From positions 2,848,001 through 2,912,000 of the forward strand of contig CBDHHL010000032.1 in NCBI GenBank assembly GCA_965263355.1: a stretch of DNA of 64,000 bases, given 5' to 3'. Position numbers and translations under genes: made by a program. The DNA is from Leptolyngbyaceae cyanobacterium. GTDB taxonomy: Bacteria > Cyanobacteriota > Cyanobacteriia > Phormidesmidales > Phormidesmidaceae. Shown one piece after another: positions 32,231-42,735 of this stretch (its first letter is position 1; each line of letters opens with the position of its first letter). The notes beneath the pieces were generated by a model, which was given only the letters and a program-made list of their open reading frames with translations, was not told the DNA's origin and did not search any database.

Positions 32231-34027
32231 ATGATGACCGTTGATTATCAACCTAATCAGACGGCTGATGTCCCAAAGGTATCTCAGCGTCCTTGTTTGG
32301 ATCTTACCGTTGTTATTCCTACCTATAACGGAGCTGAGCGTATTCCTCAGGTGCTGGATGCGCTGAAAATTCAGCAAGATATGGATGGCATCCGTTGGGA
32401 AGTGATTGTCTGCGACAATAATAGTTGCGATCGCACCGTCAATATAGTTTTAGATTATCAGCATACCTGGTTGCAAGATGTGCCACTACGTTACTGCTTT
32501 GTTGCAGAGCAGGGGGCAGCTTTTGCTAGACAGCGAGGAGTGGTAGAAGCCAGTGGTCATATAGTTGCATTTCTTGATGACGATAACATTCCGACCCGTA
32601 ATTGGCTAAGCAACGTACATCGTTTTGCCCAGGCTTATCCCAAAGCTGGTGCATTTGGTAGTCAAATCCATGGTGAATTTCACGGTGAGTTGCCCGAAGG
32701 GTTTGAGCATATTGCCTGTTTTTTAGCGATTGTTGAACGAGGTAATCAGCCTCATCTTTATCAACCTAAATCTAAAATTCTTCCGCCAGCGGCAGGCTTA
32801 GCAGTTCGTCGTTCAGCTTGGCTGAAAGTAGTTCCAGAACGTCTGTTTTTAAATCACAAAGGCAAATCAGCAGGCTTGGCTAGTGAAGATCTAGAAGCAC
32901 TACTGCATATTCAAAGAGCAGGTTGGGAGATTTGGTATAACTCTGATATGGTGGTTACCCATCAAATTCCTGATAGCCGTTTGACACGAGAATATTTAAT
33001 TTCTCTTCTGCGCTGTGTGGGACTTAGTCGATTTTACATTCGATTTTTAGGGGCTAAAGATTGGCAAAAGCTTTTTAAGGTGCCAGCCTACATTGCCAAT
33101 GACCTACGTAAGCTAGCGCTTCATTATATGAAAAATGGACTGCAACAATGCGATCTCGATATTGTTGCTGCTTGTGAACGTTCACTACTCACAAACACAG
33201 TTGTTAGTCCTGGCTTTTTGATGAGAAAGGCATTTCAGGATTTTTGGCAGAATCAGCGAGACAACAAGCAACTTCCCGAACGTCAACAATGGTTACGACG
33301 CTTGACAGATGCATTTGAAGGTAAGCAGCTAGATCTATATCAGCAAGCGGTTGTTTGCCTTGACTCATCACAGTCAGTAAATCTTGATAATACAGTTCTG
33401 TCTCAAATTGAAATCTTACTCAGATTGCGACAAAAATCTCCAGATCTTCCACCAATTTCTCCAGCTCAATTCTTTCCAACAGCTGAGCGCTATGGCCTGA
33501 TGCGTACGCTTGATCGGCGTGTGATTCAGCAGGTCTGCCAAACTTTGGAGGGACGTTCTCTGGAGGCAGCATATTCTTTAAATCTCTCTGCAGCTAGTGT
33601 TTGTGACCCTAGCTTTCCTGTTTTTCTAGAAGATCAGCTGAGACGTTATTGTGTAAATCCTGAGAATATATACTTTGAGATTTCTGAGTCTGTGATGATG
33701 GACTCATTATCTGAAGTTGCAGTCTTGATTGGGCGTATAAAACCCCTGGGGCTACGTGTGATTATTGACGAGATTGGTTATGTTGCGGAGTCATTGGATT
33801 ACATGGCGCAGTTGCCGATTGATTGCTTGAAACTAAGCAAAGAGCTAATTAGCCAACCTAAACGTTCAAGTTTAGCTTTGTCAAATTGGATTAAATTTAG
33901 TCGTCAAAGGGGGATTCAGTTGGTTGCCAAAGGTGTGGAAACACAGGCTGAAGTAGATTATCTGAAAAGTTTAGGCATTGATTATCTTCAAGGGTATTAC
34001 TTGTCAGAGCCATTTTCGTTTACTTAA
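32231..34027 (+). CDS. HpsE-like GT2 glycosyltransferase fused to a degenerate EAL domain
   Basis: VVIPTYNGAER, DNNS, QGAAFARQRG, FLDDDN, LPPAAGLAVRR, SEDLE; C-terminal EILLR, SLNLS, FEISES, VAKGVET, LQGYYLSEP. Confidence 0.88.
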   Translation: MMTVDYQPNQTADVPKVSQRPCLDLTVVIPTYNGAERIPQVLDALKIQQDMDGIRWEVIVCDNNSCDRTVNIVLDYQHTWLQDVPLRYCFVAEQGAAFARQRGVVEASGHIVAFLDDDNIPTRNWLSNVHRFAQAYPKAGAFGSQIHGEFHGELPEGFEHIACFLAIVERGNQPHLYQPKSKILPPAAGLAVRRSAWLKVVPERLFLNHKGKSAGLASEDLEALLHIQRAGWEIWYNSDMVVTHQIPDSRLTREYLISLLRCVGLSRFYIRFLGAKDWQKLFKVPAYIANDLRKLALHYMKNGLQQCDLDIVAACERSLLTNTVVSPGFLMRKAFQDFWQNQRDNKQLPERQQWLRRLTDAFEGKQLDLYQQAVVCLDSSQSVNLDNTVLSQIEILLRLRQKSPDLPPISPAQFFPTAERYGLMRTLDRRVIQQVCQTLEGRSLEAAYSLNLSAASVCDPSFPVFLEDQLRRYCVNPENIYFEISESVMMDSLSEVAVLIGRIKPLGLRVIIDEIGYVAESLDYMAQLPIDCLKLSKELISQPKRSSLALSNWIKFSRQRGIQLVAKGVETQAEVDYLKSLGIDYLQGYYLSEPFSFT

Positions 34028-34096
34028 ACTCCGACTACCTAATTTCTTAGCCTTGACCGATGACTGTTGTTAAGCACGAAGATATCAACGAGTTTT

Positions 34097-35278
34097 ATGA
34101 TCGGTTTACCCAAAAAAATTGCAGTTCTTTTGCATGACCTTGACGCAGGAGGTATGCAAGCTATTTGCTTACGCCTGTTGACCTCATTGGCAAAACTACC
34201 TGCAATTGAACTGGAACTTATTTTGGCTAAGCGAACTGGCCTCTATATCAATCAACTGCCAGCTTCCGTCAAAGTTATTGACTTAGATGTCCCTTTTGAG
34301 CTGCGCCTTAAATGTATGTATAAGTTAACCCTGGCGCTCTCAAGCTACTTACGCTCTGCTCAGCCAGACATTATTCTGTCTAATTTACCCTTTGTTAACT
34401 TCGTTACAATTCTGGCTAAACTTGTTTCGCGAAGTTCAAGTATGTCTATCCTTGTGGAACATACCCTACCTCTCAAGCACTTCTTACAAAAGCAAGATAA
34501 TCAAAAGGTAAACGGTCAATTCCCTATTATTACTCATCAACTGGTTCGTTTACTTTATCCTTACGCTAATCATATTGTTGCCCCATCCACTGGTATTGCT
34601 TGTGAACTAGGGCAGTTTATTAAATTTAGACCTGAGCAGCTCAAAGTTATATACAATCCTGTTATAGATTCACAGCTTGAGGAAAAGTCTAGGATTAAGC
34701 CCGAGCATCCATGGTTTCGCTCAGGTGAACCGCCAGTATTACTGGCAGTTGGGAGGTTAGCTACCCAAAAAGACTATGAAACTCTTATTAGAGCTTTTGG
34801 TCAAGTTTCACAAACAAGGACTGTTCGTCTGATGATTCTTGGTGAGGGGGAGTTGCGGCCTCAATTAGAAGATTTAATCCAATCACTAGAACTTAAGCCC
34901 AATGTTGCCTTACCCGGTTTTGTGGGCAACCCCTACTCATACATGCGTGCATCATTTGCATTTATATTGTCTTCTATTTGGGAAATTTTGCCAACGGTGC
35001 TTATTGAAGCTCTAGCCTGTGAATGCCTGATAATATCTACTGATTGTGACTATGGCCCGGCTGAAATTCTTGAGGATGGAAAGTATGGGACGTTAGTTCC
35101 TGTAAATGATCCAACGACTCTAGCTAAAGCTATAGAAGCAATTTTTTCTTCATCCTATGAACAACTTTATCAACGGAAACAGATGTTGAAAGAGCGAACA
35201 AATGTATTTTCAACTGATTACTCGATTGAACAATATCTAAATCTTATGCAATTAGGTCGAGAGAATATTAATGAATAG
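34097..35278 (+). CDS. GT4 glycosyltransferase
   Basis: VIYNPV, AVGRLATQKDYETLIRAF, GFVGNPYSYM, SSIWEILPTVLIEALAC. Confidence 0.9.
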   Translation: MIGLPKKIAVLLHDLDAGGMQAICLRLLTSLAKLPAIELELILAKRTGLYINQLPASVKVIDLDVPFELRLKCMYKLTLALSSYLRSAQPDIILSNLPFVNFVTILAKLVSRSSSMSILVEHTLPLKHFLQKQDNQKVNGQFPIITHQLVRLLYPYANHIVAPSTGIACELGQFIKFRPEQLKVIYNPVIDSQLEEKSRIKPEHPWFRSGEPPVLLAVGRLATQKDYETLIRAFGQVSQTRTVRLMILGEGELRPQLEDLIQSLELKPNVALPGFVGNPYSYMRASFAFILSSIWEILPTVLIEALACECLIISTDCDYGPAEILEDGKYGTLVPVNDPTTLAKAIEAIFSSSYEQLYQRKQMLKERTNVFSTDYSIEQYLNLMQLGRENINE

Positions 35279-35342
35279 AAATTAAAGAAGTATCCGTAAA
35301 GCAGCGCAATGAGTTAATCAGTTCTTCTACATCAACATTATT

Positions 35343-36323
35343 ATGACAATTGATTTTACCCTGGTAATCCCCACCTATAATGGCGCAAAAAGGCTACCTT
35401 CCCTTTTGGATAGCCTGCTTGCACAAACTGATTTAGATCCGCTCTGCTGGCAAGTTATCGTTGTTGATAACAATAGCACTGATGCGACATCGCAAGTTTT
35501 GAAAGAGTATCAACAGACTTGGACAAGTAGTACAACCAATAGTTCCATAGAATATGTACTAGAAACTCAGCAAGGTGCAGCGTTTGCTCGTCAACGAGGC
35601 ATGCAGCTAGCAAAAAGCGAGCTAGTTGGCTTCCTTGATGATGATGTAGTTCCTGCTTCTGACTGGATTGCATCTGCTTATCAATTTGGACTAACGCATC
35701 CTAACGTAGGTGCCTATGGAGGACGCATCATTGGCAAGTTTGAAGTGGCACCACCCGAGAACTTTAAGAGAATTCAGTCGTTCCTCGCTATTCGAGACCG
35801 TGGTAGTTCCCCGCATCTCTACAAACCAGAGAATTTGATTTTGCCTCCTTCAGCAGCTTGGGTAATTAAAAAACAAGCTTGGCTAGAAACTGTTCCACCC
35901 CAGCCTAAGTTGAGTGGGCGAACGGGAAAATCCATGGTTCAGGGAGATGATTATGAACCGTTACTCCATATTCATAATGCAGGTTGGGAGATTTGGTATC
36001 ATCCTGGGATGTATGTTGAACATCATATTCCAGCGAGTAGACTGCAAGATGAGTATTTGCTTGCTCTCAGTCGTGGCTGTGGCTTATGTATTTTCCAATT
36101 ACGCCTGATCACATCTAAAAATTGGGAGAAGCCGATTACGCTTATCAAAATTGTGTTAGGAAACTTAAATAGAACGATATTACACTTCTTTAAATATCGT
36201 CAGCAGCTAAGGTCAGATATTGTAGCCCAGTGTGAGATGAATTTTTTTATAAGTGGTTTTTTGAGTCCTGCCTACTATTTTAGCCGTTTACTCAGAGATG
36301 CGTTCTCTCGGCAAGGTGTGTAG
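35343..36323 (+). CDS. HpsE-like GT2 glycosyltransferase (hormogonium polysaccharide type)
   Basis: LVIPTYNGAKRL, VVDNNSTD, QGAAFARQRG, FLDDD, RIQSFLAIRDRG, AGWEIWY. Confidence 0.88.
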   Translation: MTIDFTLVIPTYNGAKRLPSLLDSLLAQTDLDPLCWQVIVVDNNSTDATSQVLKEYQQTWTSSTTNSSIEYVLETQQGAAFARQRGMQLAKSELVGFLDDDVVPASDWIASAYQFGLTHPNVGAYGGRIIGKFEVAPPENFKRIQSFLAIRDRGSSPHLYKPENLILPPSAAWVIKKQAWLETVPPQPKLSGRTGKSMVQGDDYEPLLHIHNAGWEIWYHPGMYVEHHIPASRLQDEYLLALSRGCGLCIFQLRLITSKNWEKPITLIKIVLGNLNRTILHFFKYRQQLRSDIVAQCEMNFFISGFLSPAYYFSRLLRDAFSRQGV

Positions 36324-36411
36324 ATGCTACTCTCTAACGCTGTGTGACCCTTGATGTTTATGCATTCTATACTGTCAGTTATTTGCTTAATGTTCTCTGG
36401 ATAATCAAAAT

Positions 36412-37602
36412 ATGGTCGTTATTAGAAAAAAGCCAATCATATTGCTGTATGGAGGTTTTTGGGCCGCTAACCGGTGTGAATATCTCGTAGAATTTTTAAT
36501 CGCTTCAGGATATTACGTATCTGGTGTTTTTCCAGATTTTTATTCTAGTGAAAGACAGCAAAGAAATTTTCTGACCAAAGTGTTTAGAAAAATAGCTTTT
36601 CCAGTTTTTGCCCTGATTGAGCTATTTGTGAAAGCTAGTTTTGCTGATGTTATATATATTTTACCTGGAAACGTAAGCCTCTTTAAATATGCCTTGCTAG
36701 CCGCAAGAGTTTTCAAAACTAGGATTATATTAGAGTTCTATGACAGTATGTATACTCACTATATGGAGAATAAAGGTGCAGGATCTATTGCTCCAGAAGA
36801 ACTCAAAAGAGTTAAGCAAGACAATGTTAACTTAAATCCTGAAAATGAAAAGCTTGCTATTAGAAAAGCAGACTATATTATTCATGTATCTAACTGTGAG
36901 CTTGGTTATCTCTCTAAAGTTTTAGAAATAAATATCGATTTTGATAAAGTCTTTGTGGTCCCTATCTTTTGTTCTGATAGGCCTGCCTATGCTAGAGAGT
37001 TTATGCAAGATGGCGTATTTAGGATATGTTGGTGGGGAAGCTTTTTGCCGATGCATGGCTTAGACTATATCCTGATTGCATTGAATAAGCTGAAGCAGGA
37101 TGGACTAAATTTTGAGTGCGACTTATTTGGAGCTTATTCTGCTGGCTCACGAGCTTACTTTTTTGAGAAATATAGGCAAGAAATTGCATCTCAGTCACTT
37201 GACTCGCATGTTAAGCTCAGGCGAGATTTAACGTTTATTGATGGCAAATTACCTGAATACCTTATAAGCCATTGTGATTTATCTTTAGGAATTTTTGGTG
37301 ATACTTTGAAAGCTGAGAGTTCTGTACCAAATAAGTTGATTGAATCCTTATCAATGGGAATTCCGACACTTACTCGCTCTTCTCCGGTGTTAGAGGAGTT
37401 TTTTGATGTGCAGGCAGACTTTTGGACTTGTCAACCTTCTCCAGAATCCATAGCCCAAGCAATTTCGGATGTTTACCATCAAAAATCGCATCCGGTACAT
37501 TGGGGGAAAACTCGAGATAAGGTTCGCAACACCTTTAATGCTGAAACCTATAGAAAGGTAGTTAGCAAGGTTTTGAATCAGGTGAATCAGGACTTACTCT
37601 AG
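36412..37602 (+). CDS. GT-B fold (GT4-like) glycosyltransferase
   Basis: ICWWGSFLPMHG, CDLSLGIFGDT.KA.SSVPNKLIESL. Confidence 0.8.
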   Translation: MVVIRKKPIILLYGGFWAANRCEYLVEFLIASGYYVSGVFPDFYSSERQQRNFLTKVFRKIAFPVFALIELFVKASFADVIYILPGNVSLFKYALLAARVFKTRIILEFYDSMYTHYMENKGAGSIAPEELKRVKQDNVNLNPENEKLAIRKADYIIHVSNCELGYLSKVLEINIDFDKVFVVPIFCSDRPAYAREFMQDGVFRICWWGSFLPMHGLDYILIALNKLKQDGLNFECDLFGAYSAGSRAYFFEKYRQEIASQSLDSHVKLRRDLTFIDGKLPEYLISHCDLSLGIFGDTLKAESSVPNKLIESLSMGIPTLTRSSPVLEEFFDVQADFWTCQPSPESIAQAISDVYHQKSHPVHWGKTRDKVRNTFNAETYRKVVSKVLNQVNQDLL

Positions 37603-37636
37603 GTGTAAACTTTTTGACGTTTGCTTTAGTTTCTCT

Positions 37637-38917
37637 ATGCAAAGAAGTGTTTTTGTCCTACCCCGTGGTATTGAACTAGGAGGCGTAACTATCTGGTCGC
37701 TCAAGATGGTACGTCATCTAACTGACAGCAACTATTCTGCAAATATTTTAAGACATCAGGAAAGTAGCCCTGTTGATGATGATTTGTTGATTGCTCAGCT
37801 ACCAATCCTTAGCTGTCCAGGTAAACCTGCTTGGTCAGCCAATGTAAAGGATATCAAGACATATTTGCCAACCTATCAGCAAACATTGCCTGCCACGTTG
37901 ATTCCGAATTGGACTTTTGGAACCTATGCAACTTGTGCTGCTTTGAGTAGTACGCAGGCTGATGGTATGCGTGTCATTGGTATTGCCCACAGTGATGAGG
38001 ATATTTTTTATGCTTGGTTACAATATTACGAGCCGATTATTCATACGTATGTTGCCGTCAGTGAAAAAATTGCTACTGTTTTGAAGGCGCGATTACCCGA
38101 GCGTTCAGATGATATTGTTGTTAGGTCCTGTCCGGTCGATGTACCACCTGACTTTAATCGTATACCTGCTGATGGCAACAAGGTACCGATCAAGTTAATG
38201 TATGCAGGCAGAGTTCAAAATCAGCAAAAGCGTATCTCTGATTTGTTGATACTTGTTAAGCTACTAACCCAAAAGAAAATTGACTTTAAACTGACTATTG
38301 TGGGTGATGGTGGTGAAAGGCAGTGGTTGGAGAAACAGTTTGCGAGATTGATGGGGTCTGACGCGTGCCAAAAGGTTGTTTTTGTGGGTACAGTAAATCC
38401 TGATCAGATGCCCCACTATTGGCGATCAGCTGATATTGGTTTACTTGTTTCTGATTTTGAAGGGACTTCAATTTCTATGCTGGAGTCGATGGCCCAGGGT
38501 TGTGTTCCCATAGTCACTGATGTGAGTGGTGTTAAGGCTGTCATCCAGGATGGGGAAAATGGGTTTAAGGTTCCCATTGGGGATATGACTACCATGGCCA
38601 ATATTATTCAGCGCTTGCACACCGATAGGCAGCTATTACAGCAACTGGGACGGCAGGCTCATCTTAAGGTGCTTCATAACTATGCGTTTGCTGACTACAT
38701 TCCTTGGTTTGCGGAGTTGACAGAGCAGGGTTGGCAAAAACCACCAAGAAATTGGCCACCCGAACGGCCCTTATTGCCTGATCCGTTACCAACGCAGCCA
38801 CAATCAACACGCTACAGACGCGCTATTAATAAATTGAAAAAGTATCTATGGAATACGAAACTAATGATAAAACTTTATGGAGTTAATGCAATCCCATCTT
38901 TACTTAGTTGGGACTGA
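37637..38917 (+). CDS. GT4 glycosyltransferase
   Basis: YAGRVQNQQKR, IVGDG, SDFEGTSISMLESMAQGCVPIVTDV. Confidence 0.9.
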   Translation: MQRSVFVLPRGIELGGVTIWSLKMVRHLTDSNYSANILRHQESSPVDDDLLIAQLPILSCPGKPAWSANVKDIKTYLPTYQQTLPATLIPNWTFGTYATCAALSSTQADGMRVIGIAHSDEDIFYAWLQYYEPIIHTYVAVSEKIATVLKARLPERSDDIVVRSCPVDVPPDFNRIPADGNKVPIKLMYAGRVQNQQKRISDLLILVKLLTQKKIDFKLTIVGDGGERQWLEKQFARLMGSDACQKVVFVGTVNPDQMPHYWRSADIGLLVSDFEGTSISMLESMAQGCVPIVTDVSGVKAVIQDGENGFKVPIGDMTTMANIIQRLHTDRQLLQQLGRQAHLKVLHNYAFADYIPWFAELTEQGWQKPPRNWPPERPLLPDPLPTQPQSTRYRRAINKLKKYLWNTKLMIKLYGVNAIPSLLSWD

Positions 38918-39024
38918 TCTAGTTACCTAACCTAAGTTTATTAAAAGGCTAAGGTAACCCTATGGATGAGCAATCATGGTACAACATTCATGGCTGTTAA
39001 TCAAGACATCGCAGGGAGTGTTCG

Positions 39025-40266
39025 ATGACGCATTCATCTTGTCGGTTTTGCAAGACACCTCTACATTACACATTTGCTAACTTGGGTGTTTCACCTATTT
39101 CAAATGATTACCTTGACCAGGCTCATCTTAAGCAGGCTGAAAAATTTTATCCATTACATGCATATATATGTGAAGAGTGTTTACTGGTTCAACTCGAAGA
39201 ATTTGAGTCTCCCGAGCATCTTTTTGGAGACGGTGACTATGCTTATTTTTCCTCCTATTCTGAAAACTGGCTGAATCATTCCAGGGCGTATACCGATTTA
39301 GTGATCGAGCGATTTGGCTTAAACGCTAATAATCTGGTAATCGAAATTGCAAGTAATGACGGCTATCTTCTGCAATATTTTGTCAAACAAGGTATTCCCG
39401 TGCTTGGTGTAGAGCCTGCTTCTAACGTGGCAGCCGCAGCTGTGGAGAAGGGGGTGCCAAGTTGGGTTAAGTTTTTTGGTGTCGAGACTGCAAAAGAACT
39501 AGTGGCCGCCAATAAACGGGCTGATCTTTTATTAGCTAACAATGTTTTGGCTCATGTGCCAGATTTGAATGATTTTGTTGCGGGGATGCAGATTGTCCTG
39601 AATCTGCAGGGGATTATTACAGTTGAGTTTCCTCACTTGCTGCGGTTAATTCGAGGTAATCAGTTTGATACTATCTACCACGAACATTTTTCCTATTTTT
39701 CCTTTTTAACTGTTGAGAAAATTTTTGCCCATCATAGGCTCACACTGTTTGATGTAGATGAGTTGTCAACCCATGGAGGATCGCTGCGTATCTATGCCCG
39801 CCATGTGGATGATTCTAGCCATCCTATTACTGAGAGAGTGAAGTTGCTGAGACAGAAAGAATTGGAAGCAGGTCTTACCGAAGTTCAGACGTATTTGAAT
39901 TTTGAAGAACAGATCAGGTCTACTAAACGCAAGCTGCTCAGTTTTTTAATTGAAGCTAAAGCAGAAAAAAAGGTGATTGTTGGTTATGGTGCTCCTGCCA
40001 AGGGAAATACCTTGCTTAATTACTGCGGTGTGGGGACAGATTTTCTCGACTATACGGTAGATTGCAATCCTCATAAGCAATCATTATTCTTGCCTGGTAC
40101 CCGTATTCCAATTTTTGCGCCTGATCGTATTTTTGAGACAAAGCCCGACTATGTGCTGATATTACCTTGGAATATTAAGGATGAGATCATGGGGCAGATG
40201 TCAGGGATCCGTGAATGGGGAGGGAAGTTTGTTACGCCAATTCCTGAGGTACAGATTTGCCCATAA
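39025..40266 (+). CDS. NDP-sugar C-methyltransferase (TylC3/NovU-like)
   Basis: CRFC...CEECLLVQL Zn site, YAYFSS, EIASNDGYLL, FDTIYHEHFSY, HGGSLR, GYGAPAKGNTLLN. Confidence 0.88.
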   Translation: MTHSSCRFCKTPLHYTFANLGVSPISNDYLDQAHLKQAEKFYPLHAYICEECLLVQLEEFESPEHLFGDGDYAYFSSYSENWLNHSRAYTDLVIERFGLNANNLVIEIASNDGYLLQYFVKQGIPVLGVEPASNVAAAAVEKGVPSWVKFFGVETAKELVAANKRADLLLANNVLAHVPDLNDFVAGMQIVLNLQGIITVEFPHLLRLIRGNQFDTIYHEHFSYFSFLTVEKIFAHHRLTLFDVDELSTHGGSLRIYARHVDDSSHPITERVKLLRQKELEAGLTEVQTYLNFEEQIRSTKRKLLSFLIEAKAEKKVIVGYGAPAKGNTLLNYCGVGTDFLDYTVDCNPHKQSLFLPGTRIPIFAPDRIFETKPDYVLILPWNIKDEIMGQMSGIREWGGKFVTPIPEVQICP

Positions 40267-40374
40267 AGTGTGTAGGGGAGCAGGGATATGGTAGAGAAAT
40301 AGTTAGAGTCCATGATTGCGTCCCCACTTTAAAGGCAACATGTAAACAACTAAACAATTGAATCTACAAGACTG

Positions 40375-41097
40375 ATGCAATGCTTTAATAATCAGACTGC
40401 TGTAGTAACGGGTGCAAGTAGTGGAATTGGGCGGGCAACAGCGCTGGCTCTTGCACAGCAGGGTGCTAATCTCTGTTTGCTGGGTAGGAACAAGTCTGCC
40501 CTTGAAGCTGTTGTCAAGCAAGCTGAATCATATAATGTACAGGCAATTTCCTGTCCTTTTGATTTAGCTGAGATCGCATCTACTCAAGCCATGCTAGCTG
40601 CCCTTAAACAGGTGCAAGAGGTGCATATCCTTATACATAGTGCTGGTACTTTCACACTGGGTAGTTTGTCAAATTCTTCTCTGGTGTCGTTAGACTATCA
40701 ATATAAGGTGAATGTTCGAGCACCCTACTTGATCACGCAAGTGCTGCTATCCAGAATGCCTGCGTTCAATGCCCAAATTGTGTTTGTTAATTCAACTCTA
40801 GGGTTGGTGGCGAAGGGGGGAGTTGGTCAATATGCTGCTTCTAAACATGCGTTAAAGGCAATTGCTGATAGTTTACGTGAAGAACTCAGTTCTCAGGGGA
40901 TTCGAGTTTTGAGTGTCTATCCTGGACGAACAGCCAGTCCTATGCAAGCCCAGGTTCATGTCTTAGAAGGTAAGCCTTATTTGCCCGATAGCCTCATGCA
41001 GCCTGAAGATGTTGCGGCGACTATTGTGCACACCTTGGGGTTACCAAAGACTGCTGAGGTGACCGATCTAAGGCTAGTTCCTCGTAAGAATCAATAG
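40375..41097 (+). CDS. SDR-family oxidoreductase
   Basis: TGASSGIG, YAASK catalytic motif, YPGRTASPMQ. Confidence 0.9.
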   Translation: MQCFNNQTAVVTGASSGIGRATALALAQQGANLCLLGRNKSALEAVVKQAESYNVQAISCPFDLAEIASTQAMLAALKQVQEVHILIHSAGTFTLGSLSNSSLVSLDYQYKVNVRAPYLITQVLLSRMPAFNAQIVFVNSTLGLVAKGGVGQYAASKHALKAIADSLREELSSQGIRVLSVYPGRTASPMQAQVHVLEGKPYLPDSLMQPEDVAATIVHTLGLPKTAEVTDLRLVPRKNQ

Positions 41098-41396
41098 TCA
41101 TCAATAGTTCTTCTCAATTTATACCAACAATTAACTACAGCGAATGTAGCAGATGTTTGACAATATGAGAGTGAAATAAGAGTTAGGTGTTGTTGACTAA
41201 ATGGAGAGCGCGTCAGCCTTCTAATGGCAAATATTCTATGATTTGAGGGGGGTATAGATTATTTGCCGTTGATCTGAAAATACTAGGGTTAGTCATTCTG
41301 ATACCCTTCAAACTTTTGTCAGTCAATCAGGTGAGTGTCTTAAGAGTTAGTCATTTGATAGTTTGTACAAGCTCTTTAAAGCGGAGGAGTTAACTG

Positions 41397-42329
41397 GTGT
41401 TACCAAATTTCCTGGTTATTGGCGCAGCGAAGGCAGGGACTACATCTCTCCACAGTTATCTGACCCAGCATCCAGAAATTTATATGAGTTCTGTCAAGGA
41501 ACCGGGCTACTTTATGTTTGCTGACGATGGCCTTACCTATGAAGGCCCGAAAGATATAGAGGTATTACAAAATCTGGGTTTTGATGTTACGGATTTGGAT
41601 GTTTATCAAAGCTTATTTAGGGATACCTTGGATGCAAGGGCTGTAGGTGAGTCAACTCCTTTCTATCTATATAGTGCCAAAGCTTGTCAACGGATTAAAT
41701 ATCTTATTCCTGATGTAAAGCTTATTGCGATTTTACGCAGTCCTATGGAGCGTGCTTATTCTAACTATATGCATCAAGTGAATTGGGGACGTGAAAGTCT
41801 TCGAACGTTTGATCAAGCACTTCAAGCAGAAGAGGATCGGATTGCGCATAACTGGCACCCGGTTTGGCATTATAAAGAACAGGGATTTTATTTTGCTCAG
41901 CTGAAGCGATATTTTGATGAATTTCCTCGCAGTCAGATTAGGGTTTACCTTTATGAGGATCTAAATCGAAATGCCACTGCATTAATGCAAGATATTTTTC
42001 AGTTTCTTGGTGTTGATGATAGCTTTTGTTCAGATGTAACTGTTAGACATAACAGTTCAGATAGTGCAAAGAAAATAGCTGACAATGTGAGGCATGAGGC
42101 CTTGCTTCAGCAATTTAGGCGTCTTAAACCCATGACTGCAAGGCTTATGCCAGATGCTTTGCAGCGTCTGCTTGGTAAAGGATTGGGGGCTATAATCAGA
42201 AAAAATGTCAGCTATACTACTCCGCCATTCACAGCAGCTGTTCGAAGCAAACTACTGTCAGCGTATCGCGATGATATTCTCAAACTACAGGAGTTGATTC
42301 AAAAAGATCTTGCTGACTGGCTGGTTTAA
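41397..42329 (+). CDS. Sulfotransferase (PAPS-dependent)
   Basis: IGAAKAGTTSL 5'-PSB loop, KEP, GESTPFY, LRSPMERAYS 3'-PB motif. Confidence 0.9.
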   Translation: MLPNFLVIGAAKAGTTSLHSYLTQHPEIYMSSVKEPGYFMFADDGLTYEGPKDIEVLQNLGFDVTDLDVYQSLFRDTLDARAVGESTPFYLYSAKACQRIKYLIPDVKLIAILRSPMERAYSNYMHQVNWGRESLRTFDQALQAEEDRIAHNWHPVWHYKEQGFYFAQLKRYFDEFPRSQIRVYLYEDLNRNATALMQDIFQFLGVDDSFCSDVTVRHNSSDSAKKIADNVRHEALLQQFRRLKPMTARLMPDALQRLLGKGLGAIIRKNVSYTTPPFTAAVRSKLLSAYRDDILKLQELIQKDLADWLV

Positions 42330-42735
42330 GGAGATTTAAAGCTTTTTGGGATTTTAATGCTAGAAGTTAGCTAGACATTGAAATATGGGTTTTTTCAAAT
42401 CTCACTGATAAATGTCAATCAAGATTCAAGCAGTTCAGAACTTTAAAGACTTGGTAAAGTGGAGTTGATAGCTTCGGATAGTTTTTGTTTTCTCAAATTA
42501 GAATATGCGCAGCTGAGATGGGAAGCTTTTAAAGGTACTTTTTACTACCTTAAAGTGCTTTAAATTACGTAGGGTAATCTCTGAAATCTTCTTCTTATGT
42601 TGAGTTTGCTATGTTCTAAGTAGCAATTATGCCTTGATAAGTCGGTCTTTAGTGCGTGCCTAAATATTTTTCTACGAAAAATCAACTGTATAAATTTGAA
42701 GTGCGATCGCTTTTATTAACGATATTGATTTAATT

